A DNA stretch of 64,000 nt, taken from positions 4,384,001 to 4,448,000 of the forward strand of contig OZ244744.1 of assembly GCA_965219455.1 (NCBI GenBank), read 5' to 3'. This document shows, piece by piece, positions 29,977 through 39,501 of the stretch. Both the position numbers and the translations under genes were made by a program. Below the pieces are notes generated by a model, which saw only the letters and a list, made by a program, of their open reading frames with translations, made no database searches and had not been told where the DNA came from. The DNA comes from Candidatus Latescibacterota bacterium (GTDB lineage Bacteria; Latescibacterota; UBA2968; GCA-2709665). How positions within the stretch are numbered: position 1 is the stretch's first letter; the number at the start of each line of letters is the position of its first letter.

Positions 29977-32186
29977 TCACGAGCCCAGGCCGAAGCTGCG
30001 TGCAAAGATCACAAAATCGCTGAATCCAACCGCGCCGTCGCCGTTCAGGTCGAACCGCGCATCAAATCCGGCGTCGCCCCGGCTCTGTCCGAACTGCGCC
30101 GCGAACCGCAAAAAGTCGGGAAAACCAACAGCCCCGTCGCCGTCGAAGTCTGCGGCAAGCGTTGGAGGTGAGACATGAGGCGACACATCCCACAGCAGAA
30201 TCGTACCGTCGTAACTTCCGCTCGCCAGCGTTCTGCCGTCCGGGGAAAACGCCACCGACGTTAGAATCCACGTATGTCCTGTCAGGGTGCCGATTTCCTT
30301 CCAGGTGGCCACGTCCCACAACCGCACGGCCTTGAACTGGCTGCCGGTCGCGAGCGTTGCCCCATCGGGCGAAAACGCCACCGACGAGAAAATCTCGTTA
30401 TCTGCTTTGTGGGTGTGAATGAGCTGTCCTGTGTCCGGGTCCCACACCCGCACCGTACCATCTCCTTGGGCGCTTGCGAGCGTCGTCCCATCAGGTGAAA
30501 ACGCCACCGAATTGATCCAACGGGAATGTCCTGTGAGGATGTTTTTCTCATTCCCGTTGGCCGCGTTCCACAAGCGCACCGTGCTGTCCGCACTGGAGCT
30601 GGCCAGCGTTGATCCATCCGGCGAAAACGCCACCGAATAGATTATTTCCGCATGTCCCGTCAGGGTGTGTTTTTCCTGTCCGGTGGCCACGTCCCACAAC
30701 CGCACGGTATTGTCAGTACCGGCGCTGGCCAGCGTCGTCCCATCCGGCGAGAACGCCACCGTCCTGATCCGACTGGTATGTCCTTTGAGGGTGTTATTCT
30801 CGCGCCCTGTGGCCACGTCCCACAACCGCACCGTCCTGTCGTAACTGCCGCTGGCCAGCGTTGATCCATCCGGCGAGAACGCCACCGATCTGACCAAACT
30901 GGTATGTCCTTTGAGGGTGTTATTCTCGCGCCCTGTGGCCACGTCCCACAACCGCACCGTCCTGTCGTAACTGCCGCTGGCCAGCGTTGATCCATCCGGC
31001 GAGAACGCCACCGATCTGACCAAACTGGTATGTCCTTTGAGGGTGTTATTCTACTGCCCTGTAGCCACGTCCCACAACCGCACGGTAAAGTCCCAACTGG
31101 CGCTTGCCAGCCTATTCCCATCCGGTGAGAACGCCACCGAAAATACTTCTCGGGTATGCCCTGTGAGGGTGAGGGCGCCCTTCTCCTGACCCGTCTCTAT
31201 GTCCCACAGCCGCACACCGTATTGTCGTCACTGCGGCTTGCCAGCGTCGTCCCGTCCGGCGAAAACGCAACCGACCGGACTCCGAACCTATGTCCTTTGA
31301 GGGTGTGTTTCTCGTGCCCTGTGTCCATGTCCCACAGACGCACAGTACTTTCCCAACTGCCGATTGCCAGTGTCGATCCATCAGGCGAATACACCACCGT
31401 ATTCACACCAAGAAAATGCCCTTCCAGGGTGCTTAGTTCCTGACCCGTTTCCATGTCCCACAGCCGCACGGTACGATCACTACCGGCGCTTGCCAGCGTG
31501 AGACCATCGGGTGAAAACGCCAGCGAGCGGATCCTCCCGGTATGTCCTCTTAGCGCGTGTTTTTCCTGCCCAGTGGCCACGTCCCACACCCGCACCATAG
31601 TGTCAAGACTGGCGCTTGCCAGCGTGAGACCATCGGGCGAAAATACTACGGAAACGACAAAGGGCCTGTCCAATTGGCTTCGGTACCTATCATCCAGGAG
31701 GGTGCTCTTCTCCTGCACGGTGGCCACGTCCCACAACCGCACCGTGCCGTCGCGACTGCCGCTTGCCAGCGTCGCCCCATCCGGAGAGAATGCCACCGCC
31801 TCGACGTCGTCGGTATGTCCATCCAGGGTGCTTCGTTCCTGACCCGTTTCTATGTCCCACAGCCGTACGGTACGGTCACTACCGGCGCTTGCCAGCGTGA
31901 GACCATCGGGCGAAAACGCAATCCCATTGACTCTGAACGAACGTCCTGTGATCAGTGAAATTTCCGCCCCGGTGCGGGCATCGTATAGCCAGATGCCGAG
32001 GCTGCCCCCTAAAGCCAGAAGCGCGCGGTCCGGCGACCAGGCATCGTCGCGCACGTCTCCTTTGCCGAGACGCATGAGGGCCCCATCGGGCAGGCTCCAG
32101 CGATTGTAGTCCTGTGCGTGGCTGTTCTGCGCAAACAAGACAGCCGTCAAAATGAGAGTGACGCTCAAAATCGTTCGCTTTTTCAT
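29977..32186 (-). pseudogene. WD40/dockerin-like copy 11; 2-bp insertion frameshift and nonsense codon
   Basis: cgcacaccgt at 31211-31220 versus consensus cgcaccgt; GAG>TAG at 31051-31053; 3' part open to 29977. Confidence 0.85.
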
Positions 32187-32562
32187 TTCGATACCCTCAC
32201 TGGGTAATGAATCAATGTGAAACAAGACGATTAACTGTGATTTAACCCAATGGCGCGCCGCTATGCCACACCCCGGACGGTATTTCAGCGAGTGCAGGCA
32301 CTAGCTGGCAGACTCAAGCGCAAGGCACGCCGACCAGCCGAACCGGACTGTGATTCATATGATTGCGGTGATTAACTGGGAAATTAAAGCGGAAGGCACG
32401 TCGCTCAACCACACCCCGGACCGCGGTTCACGTGATTACCGTGAATGACTGAGACTAAGGCGCAGGGCGCGCCGCCCAGCCGCACCACGGACTGCGGTAC
32501 ACGTGTTTATGGGGTGAATTACTGTGAAGAATCTGTAGGAAGAGACTGTGCGTGATGGGACC

Positions 32563-32882
32563 TGGCAGCCCATCGAAAATGCCCATCCGGTCGTGCGACC
32601 GGCTCTTGTAGCCGAGTTACTTTGTCGCGCTCCCTCGCCGAATCCACCGATTCGCCTCGGACGCACGCCTTGTCTTCGGTCACATTGGCAAGTGTTCCGT
32701 CCCGGAAATAGATTGCCGAAATTCGGCCGCCTAGTCGCCCGGCTGGCATCCTTCGACAGGCTCAGCACAAACAGCGCAAGCAACGGAGCGAGACGGCGTG
32801 AATCGCCGGATGAACGGTGACGATGTTCCGGGACGGGACACTGAGTCCCGCCTGCAGAGCAACTTTATCAACGGACTGTTGG
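32563..32882. mobile_element. MITE family A copy carrying a nested family B MITE
   Basis: Ends cagcccatcgaaaa / tttatcaacggactg and the internal sequence match 62022-62189. Confidence 0.75.
32691..32842. mobile_element. MITE family B (nested)
   Basis: Imperfect TIR agtgttccgtcccggaa / ttccgggacgggacact; first about 55 bp nearly identical to 58435-58491. Confidence 0.8.
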
Positions 32883-33331
32883 GGATTGATCTGGAGGGTG
32901 TGATGGCGAAATGACGAAACCAGATGTACAGTTTCCGGCGGCATCGCTTGATCACTCACACAGCGCAACGTATCAATTCAGCACTTGTCCCGATCTACAG
33001 TTTATCACGTACATCTACAGCGGCAAAACGTTTGGCGACGTGGATTCCGGTATCACCTCCTTTTTAAACGCTGACGGGTCTGAGAATGGCGTCAACCATA
33101 GGTTCAGCGGATCACCCCTTGCGGCCTCATTCAGGGCCTGGCGCCTTCGGGTGACCGCGGGTGGCATTGGGGCTCCTGGCCGCACCTGGAAGATCGGCGA
33201 CGCCTGCCCCTTTCACGGAAGATTTATACTAATACGTAACTTTAGTTGTAGTTTAATCCATAGATCGGGTAATGTCAACATGTAAATGGATTCGTTAAGT
33301 ATCCGGATTTTCATGCGGTGTTTGCCGGTCG

Positions 33332-34240
33332 TTACGAACCGGTTCCCCGGCCCGTCAGGTCCGCGTGCGCGAAGTGCCAGTCTTCGACGTGGTTCAGAAC
33401 GACCGCGGAGGTCAGGTTGCCGTCGTTTTCCAGGCCCAGTGTATTGTGAATATCCACGATTTTCTCATTTGAATGGATTCGGGTTCGAACGAAGGTGTTC
33501 CATTCGTCTACGGCGCCGGGGTCGACGCGTCCGTCGTTCTGTCGAAGAATCCAGGCTTCGAAGTCAAGATACGTAGGCGCGTTGTCCCGGATGAAACGTA
33601 CGGCGTCGTGCGGTTGGATGTTCACGGCGCGCAGCGCCAGGGGATCCAGGCCGTTATCGGTCATGTCGGGATAGTCGGGATGCAGCAGGTTCCGGGACCT
33701 GAGCAGTATTTTCAGCCACGTACGCGGGAGTTGGCAGACGTTGAGCGGCCCGTAGTCCAGGCTGGAGACGAGGGGCACGACGCGACCGCCCAGGGCCGAA
33801 AACCCCCGCGTCAGGTCCCGTCTGTAGAAGAGCGACCCGTCCTGGAGACCGTTGAGGACCACGGCTGAAGTGATCGCGCCGTCGTTGGGAATGCCGATGT
33901 CAACCGTGGTTTCCTCGAGCTTATCGGGCCGGGTGTGAACGCGTGTGCGCACGGATTCATTCCAGCTATCGATTGCTTTTCGATCGAGCCTTCCGTCGTT
34001 TTGTTCGAGGACCCATGCTTCAAACTGGAGGTAGTCGGGCATGTTCTCCCGCAAATATGCCAGGGTCGTCTCTCTGTCCAGGTTCAGCACTTCCAGGACG
34101 AATTTGTCCAGGCCTTCGCTGACGTCGGGATATTCCGCGTCCAGCAGCCCGACGTTCCGTAACAAGACCTTCCACCAGGTGCGGGGGAGCTGACAGACTT
34201 CAAGCGGACCGTAGCACAGGCTGCTGAGCAGGGGGATCAT
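33332..34240 (-). CDS. Protein with two tandem DUF5069-like domains
   Basis: Internal duplication PL.SSL.YGPL.VCQLPRTW.K.LLR...FEAW.L.QNDGR.D...WN..VRTR.H...TSAVVLN. Confidence 0.7.
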   Translation of the reverse strand: MIPLLSSLCYGPLEVCQLPRTWWKVLLRNVGLLDAEYPDVSEGLDKFVLEVLNLDRETTLAYLRENMPDYLQFEAWVLEQNDGRLDRKAIDSWNESVRTRVHTRPDKLEETTVDIGIPNDGAITSAVVLNGLQDGSLFYRRDLTRGFSALGGRVVPLVSSLDYGPLNVCQLPRTWLKILLRSRNLLHPDYPDMTDNGLDPLALRAVNIQPHDAVRFIRDNAPTYLDFEAWILRQNDGRVDPGAVDEWNTFVRTRIHSNEKIVDIHNTLGLENDGNLTSAVVLNHVEDWHFAHADLTGRGTGS

Positions 34241-34318
34241 ACAGGCGTTCTCCGTTAATAGGGTTCAAAGGTGCCGCACAAAAGCGTCGGCAATGGATAT
34301 CAGCATGGTTCTGTACGG

Positions 34319-35221
34319 TCAGCGGCCATCCTGACTTTCGATTTCCATCATCCCCAGTGCCGCCGCCGTCCGGATGACAAAGGCTCTCTCTTCGCCGGTG
34401 AGCGGACGCTGCGGCGGGCGGGGGTCGCCGCAGTCGATGCCGAGTTTCTCGGATAGCAGGGCTTTGAGCGACGCGATGTATCCGACGCGCCGGAAGATCG
34501 TGTAAAGTTCGGCGGCCCGGTCCTGCTCGGCTTCGGCAATCTCGATATTTCCGCTGTGGTACGCCGTCCAGACGTTGACCCAAACATCCGGAGACAGCGA
34601 AAGCGGTCCATCCACGCAGCCCGAAGCGCCGATGGTGAGCGCGGGAAGGAGAAGCGCGGCGCTGCCGATGAGGCACGCAAGGCCCATTTTGGCGAAATGA
34701 CGCGTGTTTGCGAATGCGGGCGCCGAATGTTTCAGGCCGGTGAGTTGCGGAACCCGCCCCCGGATTTTCTCCGCCAGTTCGAGGGTGATTTCCACACCGG
34801 TGGCATTTGGAAGATTATAGATGAATAAGGGAAGGTTCGCTGCCGCACCGACCACCCGGTAGTGTTCGGCGATTTCGTCCGGTCCGGCCCGGTAAAAGAA
34901 GGGAGGTACGGCGCAGATGGCTTCAACTCCGGCCTTTGCGGCGTTCTCGGCCATCCTGGCGGCACGTTGGGTGGTTGCCGCCCCCACGTGCATGATGATT
35001 TTCGCGCGGCCGGCGGCCTGTTCGGCGGCGGCTTCGGCAATACGGGAATTCTCTTCGTCTTCCAGCAGGACGCTTTCACCGGCGCCGCCGGCAACCCAGA
35101 AACCGTGGGCGCCCGAGCTTATGTTGAACTCGACGATTTGACGGAAGGCATCTTCGTTAAAATCGTCTCCACGTGTCATCGGTGTGATCAGCGCGGGGTA
35201 GATGCCGCGGAATTCGGTCAT
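34319..35221 (-). CDS. Dihydrodipicolinate synthase family aldolase/lyase (NanA/KDG-aldolase-like)
   Basis: GIYPALITP, GGAGES, VPPFFY, IYNLPNATG and Schiff-base GLKHS motifs. Confidence 0.88.
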   Translation of the reverse strand: MTEFRGIYPALITPMTRGDDFNEDAFRQIVEFNISSGAHGFWVAGGAGESVLLEDEENSRIAEAAAEQAAGRAKIIMHVGAATTQRAARMAENAAKAGVEAICAVPPFFYRAGPDEIAEHYRVVGAAANLPLFIYNLPNATGVEITLELAEKIRGRVPQLTGLKHSAPAFANTRHFAKMGLACLIGSAALLLPALTIGASGCVDGPLSLSPDVWVNVWTAYHSGNIEIAEAEQDRAAELYTIFRRVGYIASLKALLSEKLGIDCGDPRPPQRPLTGEERAFVIRTAAALGMMEIESQDGR

Positions 35222-35280
35222 TTGGCGTCTCTTCGTTAAGTTGAAAAAAGGGAATCCGTCCGTCACACGTGCGAACGAAT

Positions 35281-37407
35281 CTATTCGGATATGGCGAGAC
35301 CGGCCTGGGCCTGCACATCCCGGGCGAGGTCTTTGTCGACGACCGGTTCGCCGTTCCGGACGCACATGACGTGACCTCCAATCTCTCCGGAAGCTGCAAA
35401 TGAAATCACAACGCGCTTGCCGCTTGCGCTGAAGCTGAGTTCAACGTTGGCCCCGGTCGCGGTAACGTCTGCTTCGCTCATCGCACGAAGGGAACCATCC
35501 CCGGCGTGGATAAGGTGCAGGAAGTGGTCCTCTTTCCGGGCCGTGCCCGGTCTGACTTCCATTCGCCATCGTCCCATCAACTCGGGGATATCGTCGTATT
35601 GAATTCTCCCGATGGGATATTTGTTCTCTACGATTAGCCGGGAAGGACCGGCGTCGATCGCGTAGTTGACGCCGTCGGCGAGGAATTCCTTGCCTGGGCC
35701 GCCGACCTTGTCGAGAACCGCGCCTTCGGGTAAGAGTGTTCGGGCGAAAATGCGTCCCCGATCCTGATCCGATTGCCACGTCTTGCCCTCAACGAGGGGC
35801 TCATTGGCATGGTGCAGGATCCAGGTTTTGGCGTAGTCGGCGCGGGTGGACGTGACACGGTCGAACACGACGAAATGGTCCGGCGGCAGGAAGATGAACT
35901 GGCGGACCATGAGCGCGCATTTTTCGCGGTTGTAAACCGGGGTGGCGTTGGCGGCAATGTAGGTGAAATGGGGGTTGGTTTCGAAGGCGAGAATTTCGGA
36001 GCCCATGGTCTTGTTCTGTCCGCCGGCCTGGCCGAAGACGTCGCCGTTCCAGTATGGCGAAGGCGCTTCGCCGGGCATCTTGATCAGAACGCAGTTGTGG
36101 GCGACGGTCTGCGCGTAGTAGTTCTGCAGGTTGTCGGTGTTTCCCTGCCGGGTACCGCTGTCCAGGGCAAGGAAGCCTTTTTTGAAGATCGTAAATTGGG
36201 TGGCGTCGTAGTGGCGGTGGCTCTTCAGGCTGCCCCCACCGCAAAAAAGGGCATACGTGTCGTCGTCTCCGGAGCCGGAGCGCATGAAGATCTGACCCAG
36301 GTTCTCGAAATGACGGGCAGGCGGCAGGATGCCGGGGTCTCGAACCGGTGGCGGGTTGTCGAGACCGTCGAGCAGAAACGGGTAGATGGGCCATTTGTCC
36401 CGATGGAATCCGCCACCGGCCATGTTCCGGATATAACGCGCGAGTCCGGCCCACTCCGGATGGGTTTGACCGAAAAGGTGCATGATGTGGGACATATGGG
36501 TGTACATCCAGTTTGTCCGCATCCTGTTGTCTGTATGCGCGTTGTCGCCGTAACCGAACTCAAGGTCGCCCGGCAGCCAGTTCCAGACAACGTAATTGGG
36601 AAACATCCGAATGTGCGGCCAGTTCTCGGAAATGTCTTCACCGGTTGACGATCGAACGGTGTGGATGAAGTTCCATTGCGCCAGCGGGTATTCGCCAAAC
36701 GCGTATCCGAGCGTGGGAGAAGCTTCGCCGCCGTCGTCCCCGCACGTGGACGCCCGGTGAACCAGCAGCTTTACGTGGTCGTCGTAGCCCCGTTCGAGAA
36801 AACGGGCCGCCCTCGTATCGTCGATGCCTTCACCGTGGAGCAGGAGCCCCGCGAACCAGGCCAGGCTGGGCGCGCCGTAGAATCCGCTGCGGTGGTCGGA
36901 GCCGTTGCGGCGGCGGATGCCGGGTTTATGCAGGGCTTCGTCCACGTGGTCGAGCAGGCGGAGGGCAATCTTGCGGCGGTCTTCGGCGGATAGGTCATTC
37001 CAGATCCAGTCCAGGGTGACCAGGCAGGCGGTGCGACTGGCGGCGTACCAGTTGACGGATTCGTTCTCGGCGTAACAGGCGTGGTAGTATTCAGCGCTCG
37101 CGCGGAGTTCGGAAGTGAGTCCGGCCAGACGTTCGGCGGTGGGTTCCACGAGATAGACAATGGCCGCGCCCATCATCCGGTGGCCCCAATCGCGCACTTC
37201 CGTGCCGTCGGGCATCGGCGGCGGACGGTTGACAACGGCCGATTCCAGGTCCGGCGGACTCGCCTCGGCGAACGACTTGACCTCGATGTATTCGTCTTTG
37301 CAGGCGCTCAACGCGCGGGCTCGAAAGGTCGGCAACGTATCGCCGTTGAGGAACAGCCGGGGGTGGTCCGGGCGTATCCGGGTTTTCCAGTCAGGGTTGA
37401 TTTTCAC
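35281..37407 (-). CDS. Heparinase II/III-like polysaccharide lyase
   Basis: HPRLFL N-terminus, FGYGD, GQIFMRSG, HRHYDATQFTIFKKGFLALDSG, TVAHNCVLI motifs. Confidence 0.85.
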   Translation of the reverse strand: MKINPDWKTRIRPDHPRLFLNGDTLPTFRARALSACKDEYIEVKSFAEASPPDLESAVVNRPPPMPDGTEVRDWGHRMMGAAIVYLVEPTAERLAGLTSELRASAEYYHACYAENESVNWYAASRTACLVTLDWIWNDLSAEDRRKIALRLLDHVDEALHKPGIRRRNGSDHRSGFYGAPSLAWFAGLLLHGEGIDDTRAARFLERGYDDHVKLLVHRASTCGDDGGEASPTLGYAFGEYPLAQWNFIHTVRSSTGEDISENWPHIRMFPNYVVWNWLPGDLEFGYGDNAHTDNRMRTNWMYTHMSHIMHLFGQTHPEWAGLARYIRNMAGGGFHRDKWPIYPFLLDGLDNPPPVRDPGILPPARHFENLGQIFMRSGSGDDDTYALFCGGGSLKSHRHYDATQFTIFKKGFLALDSGTRQGNTDNLQNYYAQTVAHNCVLIKMPGEAPSPYWNGDVFGQAGGQNKTMGSEILAFETNPHFTYIAANATPVYNREKCALMVRQFIFLPPDHFVVFDRVTSTRADYAKTWILHHANEPLVEGKTWQSDQDRGRIFARTLLPEGAVLDKVGGPGKEFLADGVNYAIDAGPSRLIVENKYPIGRIQYDDIPELMGRWRMEVRPGTARKEDHFLHLIHAGDGSLRAMSEADVTATGANVELSFSASGKRVVISFAASGEIGGHVMCVRNGEPVVDKDLARDVQAQAGLAISE

Positions 37408-37448
37408 GATGGGTTCCGGATGTGTGAACGCAGCCTGCCCGATCCGCG

Positions 37449-39380
37449 CTAGATTACGCCAAGCCAGAGTTCGTGTCGCCGGGAGAACAGGATTCCGTTG
37501 TCGCTGGCAGCCAGAATCGGCGTCTCGCGAGAGTCCGCGGTGTGGGCAATGGCGAGTTCTTCGGTTCGGGGATCGAGTCGAACAATGCGGTTACCGTGGG
37601 TGAAGTAGAGGTTGCCGTCCGCACCGGTGACCATGGGCCGGTTGTGAGGTCTGCCGCCGGTGAGCGAGTGGTCGAGCGTGTGGAAGGCGCGGTCTGCAAG
37701 GCGGCAGACGAAAAAGCGGTTGCCGCCCGCGTGGTCGTCGGTCCAGAAAAAGACACGGTCCGTGCTGCATCCCATGGTAATAAGGCTGCGGGCGCCCTCG
37801 ATTTCCTGGTCGAAAAGAACGGTTTCGCGTTCCGGATCGAAAATCAGAAAACAGGCGTTGCCTTCGGAGGGCCGGATATAACCGTCGGCGATGATGCTGG
37901 TGCCGAGATACACGTGTTCCGGGCCGACCGTCAGGCCCAGAATGGAATGGTCCGGGACCAGGTGGCGGTAAGATCGCTGACTGTTGTCGGTGGGATCGAC
38001 AACGGTAAGCGCGCCGCCCCGGGCACCATACTCCGGCATGGATCCGATGTAGAGATTGTCTCCGGGTCCATTGAGAATGCCGGTGACAGGGCGGTACTGT
38101 TCGTCTCCCGCCGGTCCGAGATTCCGGGGGTTGTCGCCGGCGTCGGGGCCTGGGCGCCAGGGTCGATTCGGATTGTATTCGGTAAGGACGTTGTGGGTGT
38201 AGGCAATGCTGTAGATGTTGCCGCAGGCTTCGGCGCTGCCGTAGATTTCGCCGGATCCGTTGTACGTCAGGCCCAATATATCCGCCCGTCCTGATTTCGG
38301 ATCCACGCGTGATAGGGAGAGGCCCAGGTGGGCCGAGCAGTAGATATCGCCGGAAGAGGCCGGCAGGATGGAGAAGATGCCGATAGGGGGGTTTTCGATC
38401 TCGGTCCGGTGGAGGTCGAGTTCGGCGGTCCGGAGGTCGCAGATGCCGTAATACTGGGAATGGCCGGCGAAGAGGACCCGGTGTTCGTCCAGAAAGTGGT
38501 AGATGCCCCGGCTGGGAACGCCACGGATGTGGCAGGCGAGTTCGGCGGTTTCCGTTTCCAGGTCAAGGGCGTAAATATAGCCGTTGTCCACGCTCATATA
38601 AACGCGTCCGCCCGGCGAGGCCATCAGGTTTCTTCCGGAGGTAACCACGGTCGTGACAACGAAGGAACCGAGAAAGCCGAGGTCGAGCGCGGAGAAACGA
38701 CAGATTTCAATGCCGCCTTCCGGATGCCCGAGAGTGGCCAGGAACTGATCCCCGGTGCGCAGGAAGCCGCTGTAAGCGTCCGGCCGACCGGTAAGGTGGG
38801 GCGGCGACACCACGTTAACTTCGTCGGTGCGCGGGTCCAGGGCGTAGACGCCGTGCTGAAGGCCGTTGAGAATGCCAATGTGTCCGCCGTCGGTGAGACA
38901 GGCGGCGAAAAGCTGGTGGTTTCTCTCCTCGACCGCGACTTCTCTGTATTCGCCGGTGTCCCGGTCGTAGGCCACACAGTCGCCGGAGGGGAAGCCGGGC
39001 ATGTACAGCCATCCGTCCGGTCCTTCGACGACGTCCGTGAGGTGGGAGTTTTTCGTTGCCGGGTTATGCGGCGGGACGTCTTCGTAGGACTCGGTGATCG
39101 GGTTGAAACAGGCGAGTTGCCCCGGGCCGTTCATACCGAACCAGATCTTATTGTCGGACAGGAGTCGGACCTTCCAGGTCCCGCGGCCGTCCGGCTGGGC
39201 GAATGACGCGTATTCATGACGTTCGAAGTCGGTGCGCACCAGGGCGGGTGGACGGCCCGGAACCGCGGAGAACATGGATTGGTAGAGCACCCTGCGGCCC
39301 AGATTGGGGTCGAATATGAGTTCCCCCGGGGAATTGGAGGGCGCCAGGAAAGGGACGTCGCAGATTTTGGACACTTTCAT
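37449..39380 (-). CDS. Hypothetical multi-bladed beta-propeller protein
   Basis: Repeated GPDGWLY / GPGDNLYIGS / GADGNLYF blade motifs; start codon uncertain. Confidence 0.65.
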   Translation of the reverse strand: MKVSKICDVPFLAPSNSPGELIFDPNLGRRVLYQSMFSAVPGRPPALVRTDFERHEYASFAQPDGRGTWKVRLLSDNKIWFGMNGPGQLACFNPITESYEDVPPHNPATKNSHLTDVVEGPDGWLYMPGFPSGDCVAYDRDTGEYREVAVEERNHQLFAACLTDGGHIGILNGLQHGVYALDPRTDEVNVVSPPHLTGRPDAYSGFLRTGDQFLATLGHPEGGIEICRFSALDLGFLGSFVVTTVVTSGRNLMASPGGRVYMSVDNGYIYALDLETETAELACHIRGVPSRGIYHFLDEHRVLFAGHSQYYGICDLRTAELDLHRTEIENPPIGIFSILPASSGDIYCSAHLGLSLSRVDPKSGRADILGLTYNGSGEIYGSAEACGNIYSIAYTHNVLTEYNPNRPWRPGPDAGDNPRNLGPAGDEQYRPVTGILNGPGDNLYIGSMPEYGARGGALTVVDPTDNSQRSYRHLVPDHSILGLTVGPEHVYLGTSIIADGYIRPSEGNACFLIFDPERETVLFDQEIEGARSLITMGCSTDRVFFWTDDHAGGNRFFVCRLADRAFHTLDHSLTGGRPHNRPMVTGADGNLYFTHGNRIVRLDPRTEELAIAHTADSRETPILAASDNGILFSRRHELWLGVI

Positions 39381-39501
39381 TCGGAAGATCCTTCCCTTCG
39401 ATCGCCGACGGAGGCCTTGATATTTCCTGGAAGCGGACCTGGCCGGTAGACTGCGTCCTGTACCGGGACGGCGGCCATGGATGTGTATCCGAGGCGTAGG
39501 T

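Larger units (their letters stand above)
4574..32186 (-). repeat. Tandem array of 11 paralogous secreted WD40/dockerin-like genes
   Basis: Eleven co-oriented copies with the same architecture and homologous intergenic regions. Confidence 0.95.

Noticed and set aside
4997-32109. Many long plus-strand and alternative-frame ORFs ([11 protein letters not shown]..., CGHVPQPHR..., RWRFRRMG...)
   Set aside because: Shadow ORFs of the stop-poor repetitive WD40 coding sequence.
4574-32186. Diversity-generating retroelement driving WD40 variation
   Set aside because: No reverse transcriptase or Avd gene in the window, no non-coding template repeat, and differences between repeats are not adenine-specific.
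4574-33150. Integron cassette array or CRISPR array
   Set aside because: The intergenic regions show no recognisable attC (RYYYAAC...GTTRRRY) boxes and there is no integrase. The ~126-bp periodicity is coding WD40 repeats, not repeat-spacer units, and there are no cas genes.
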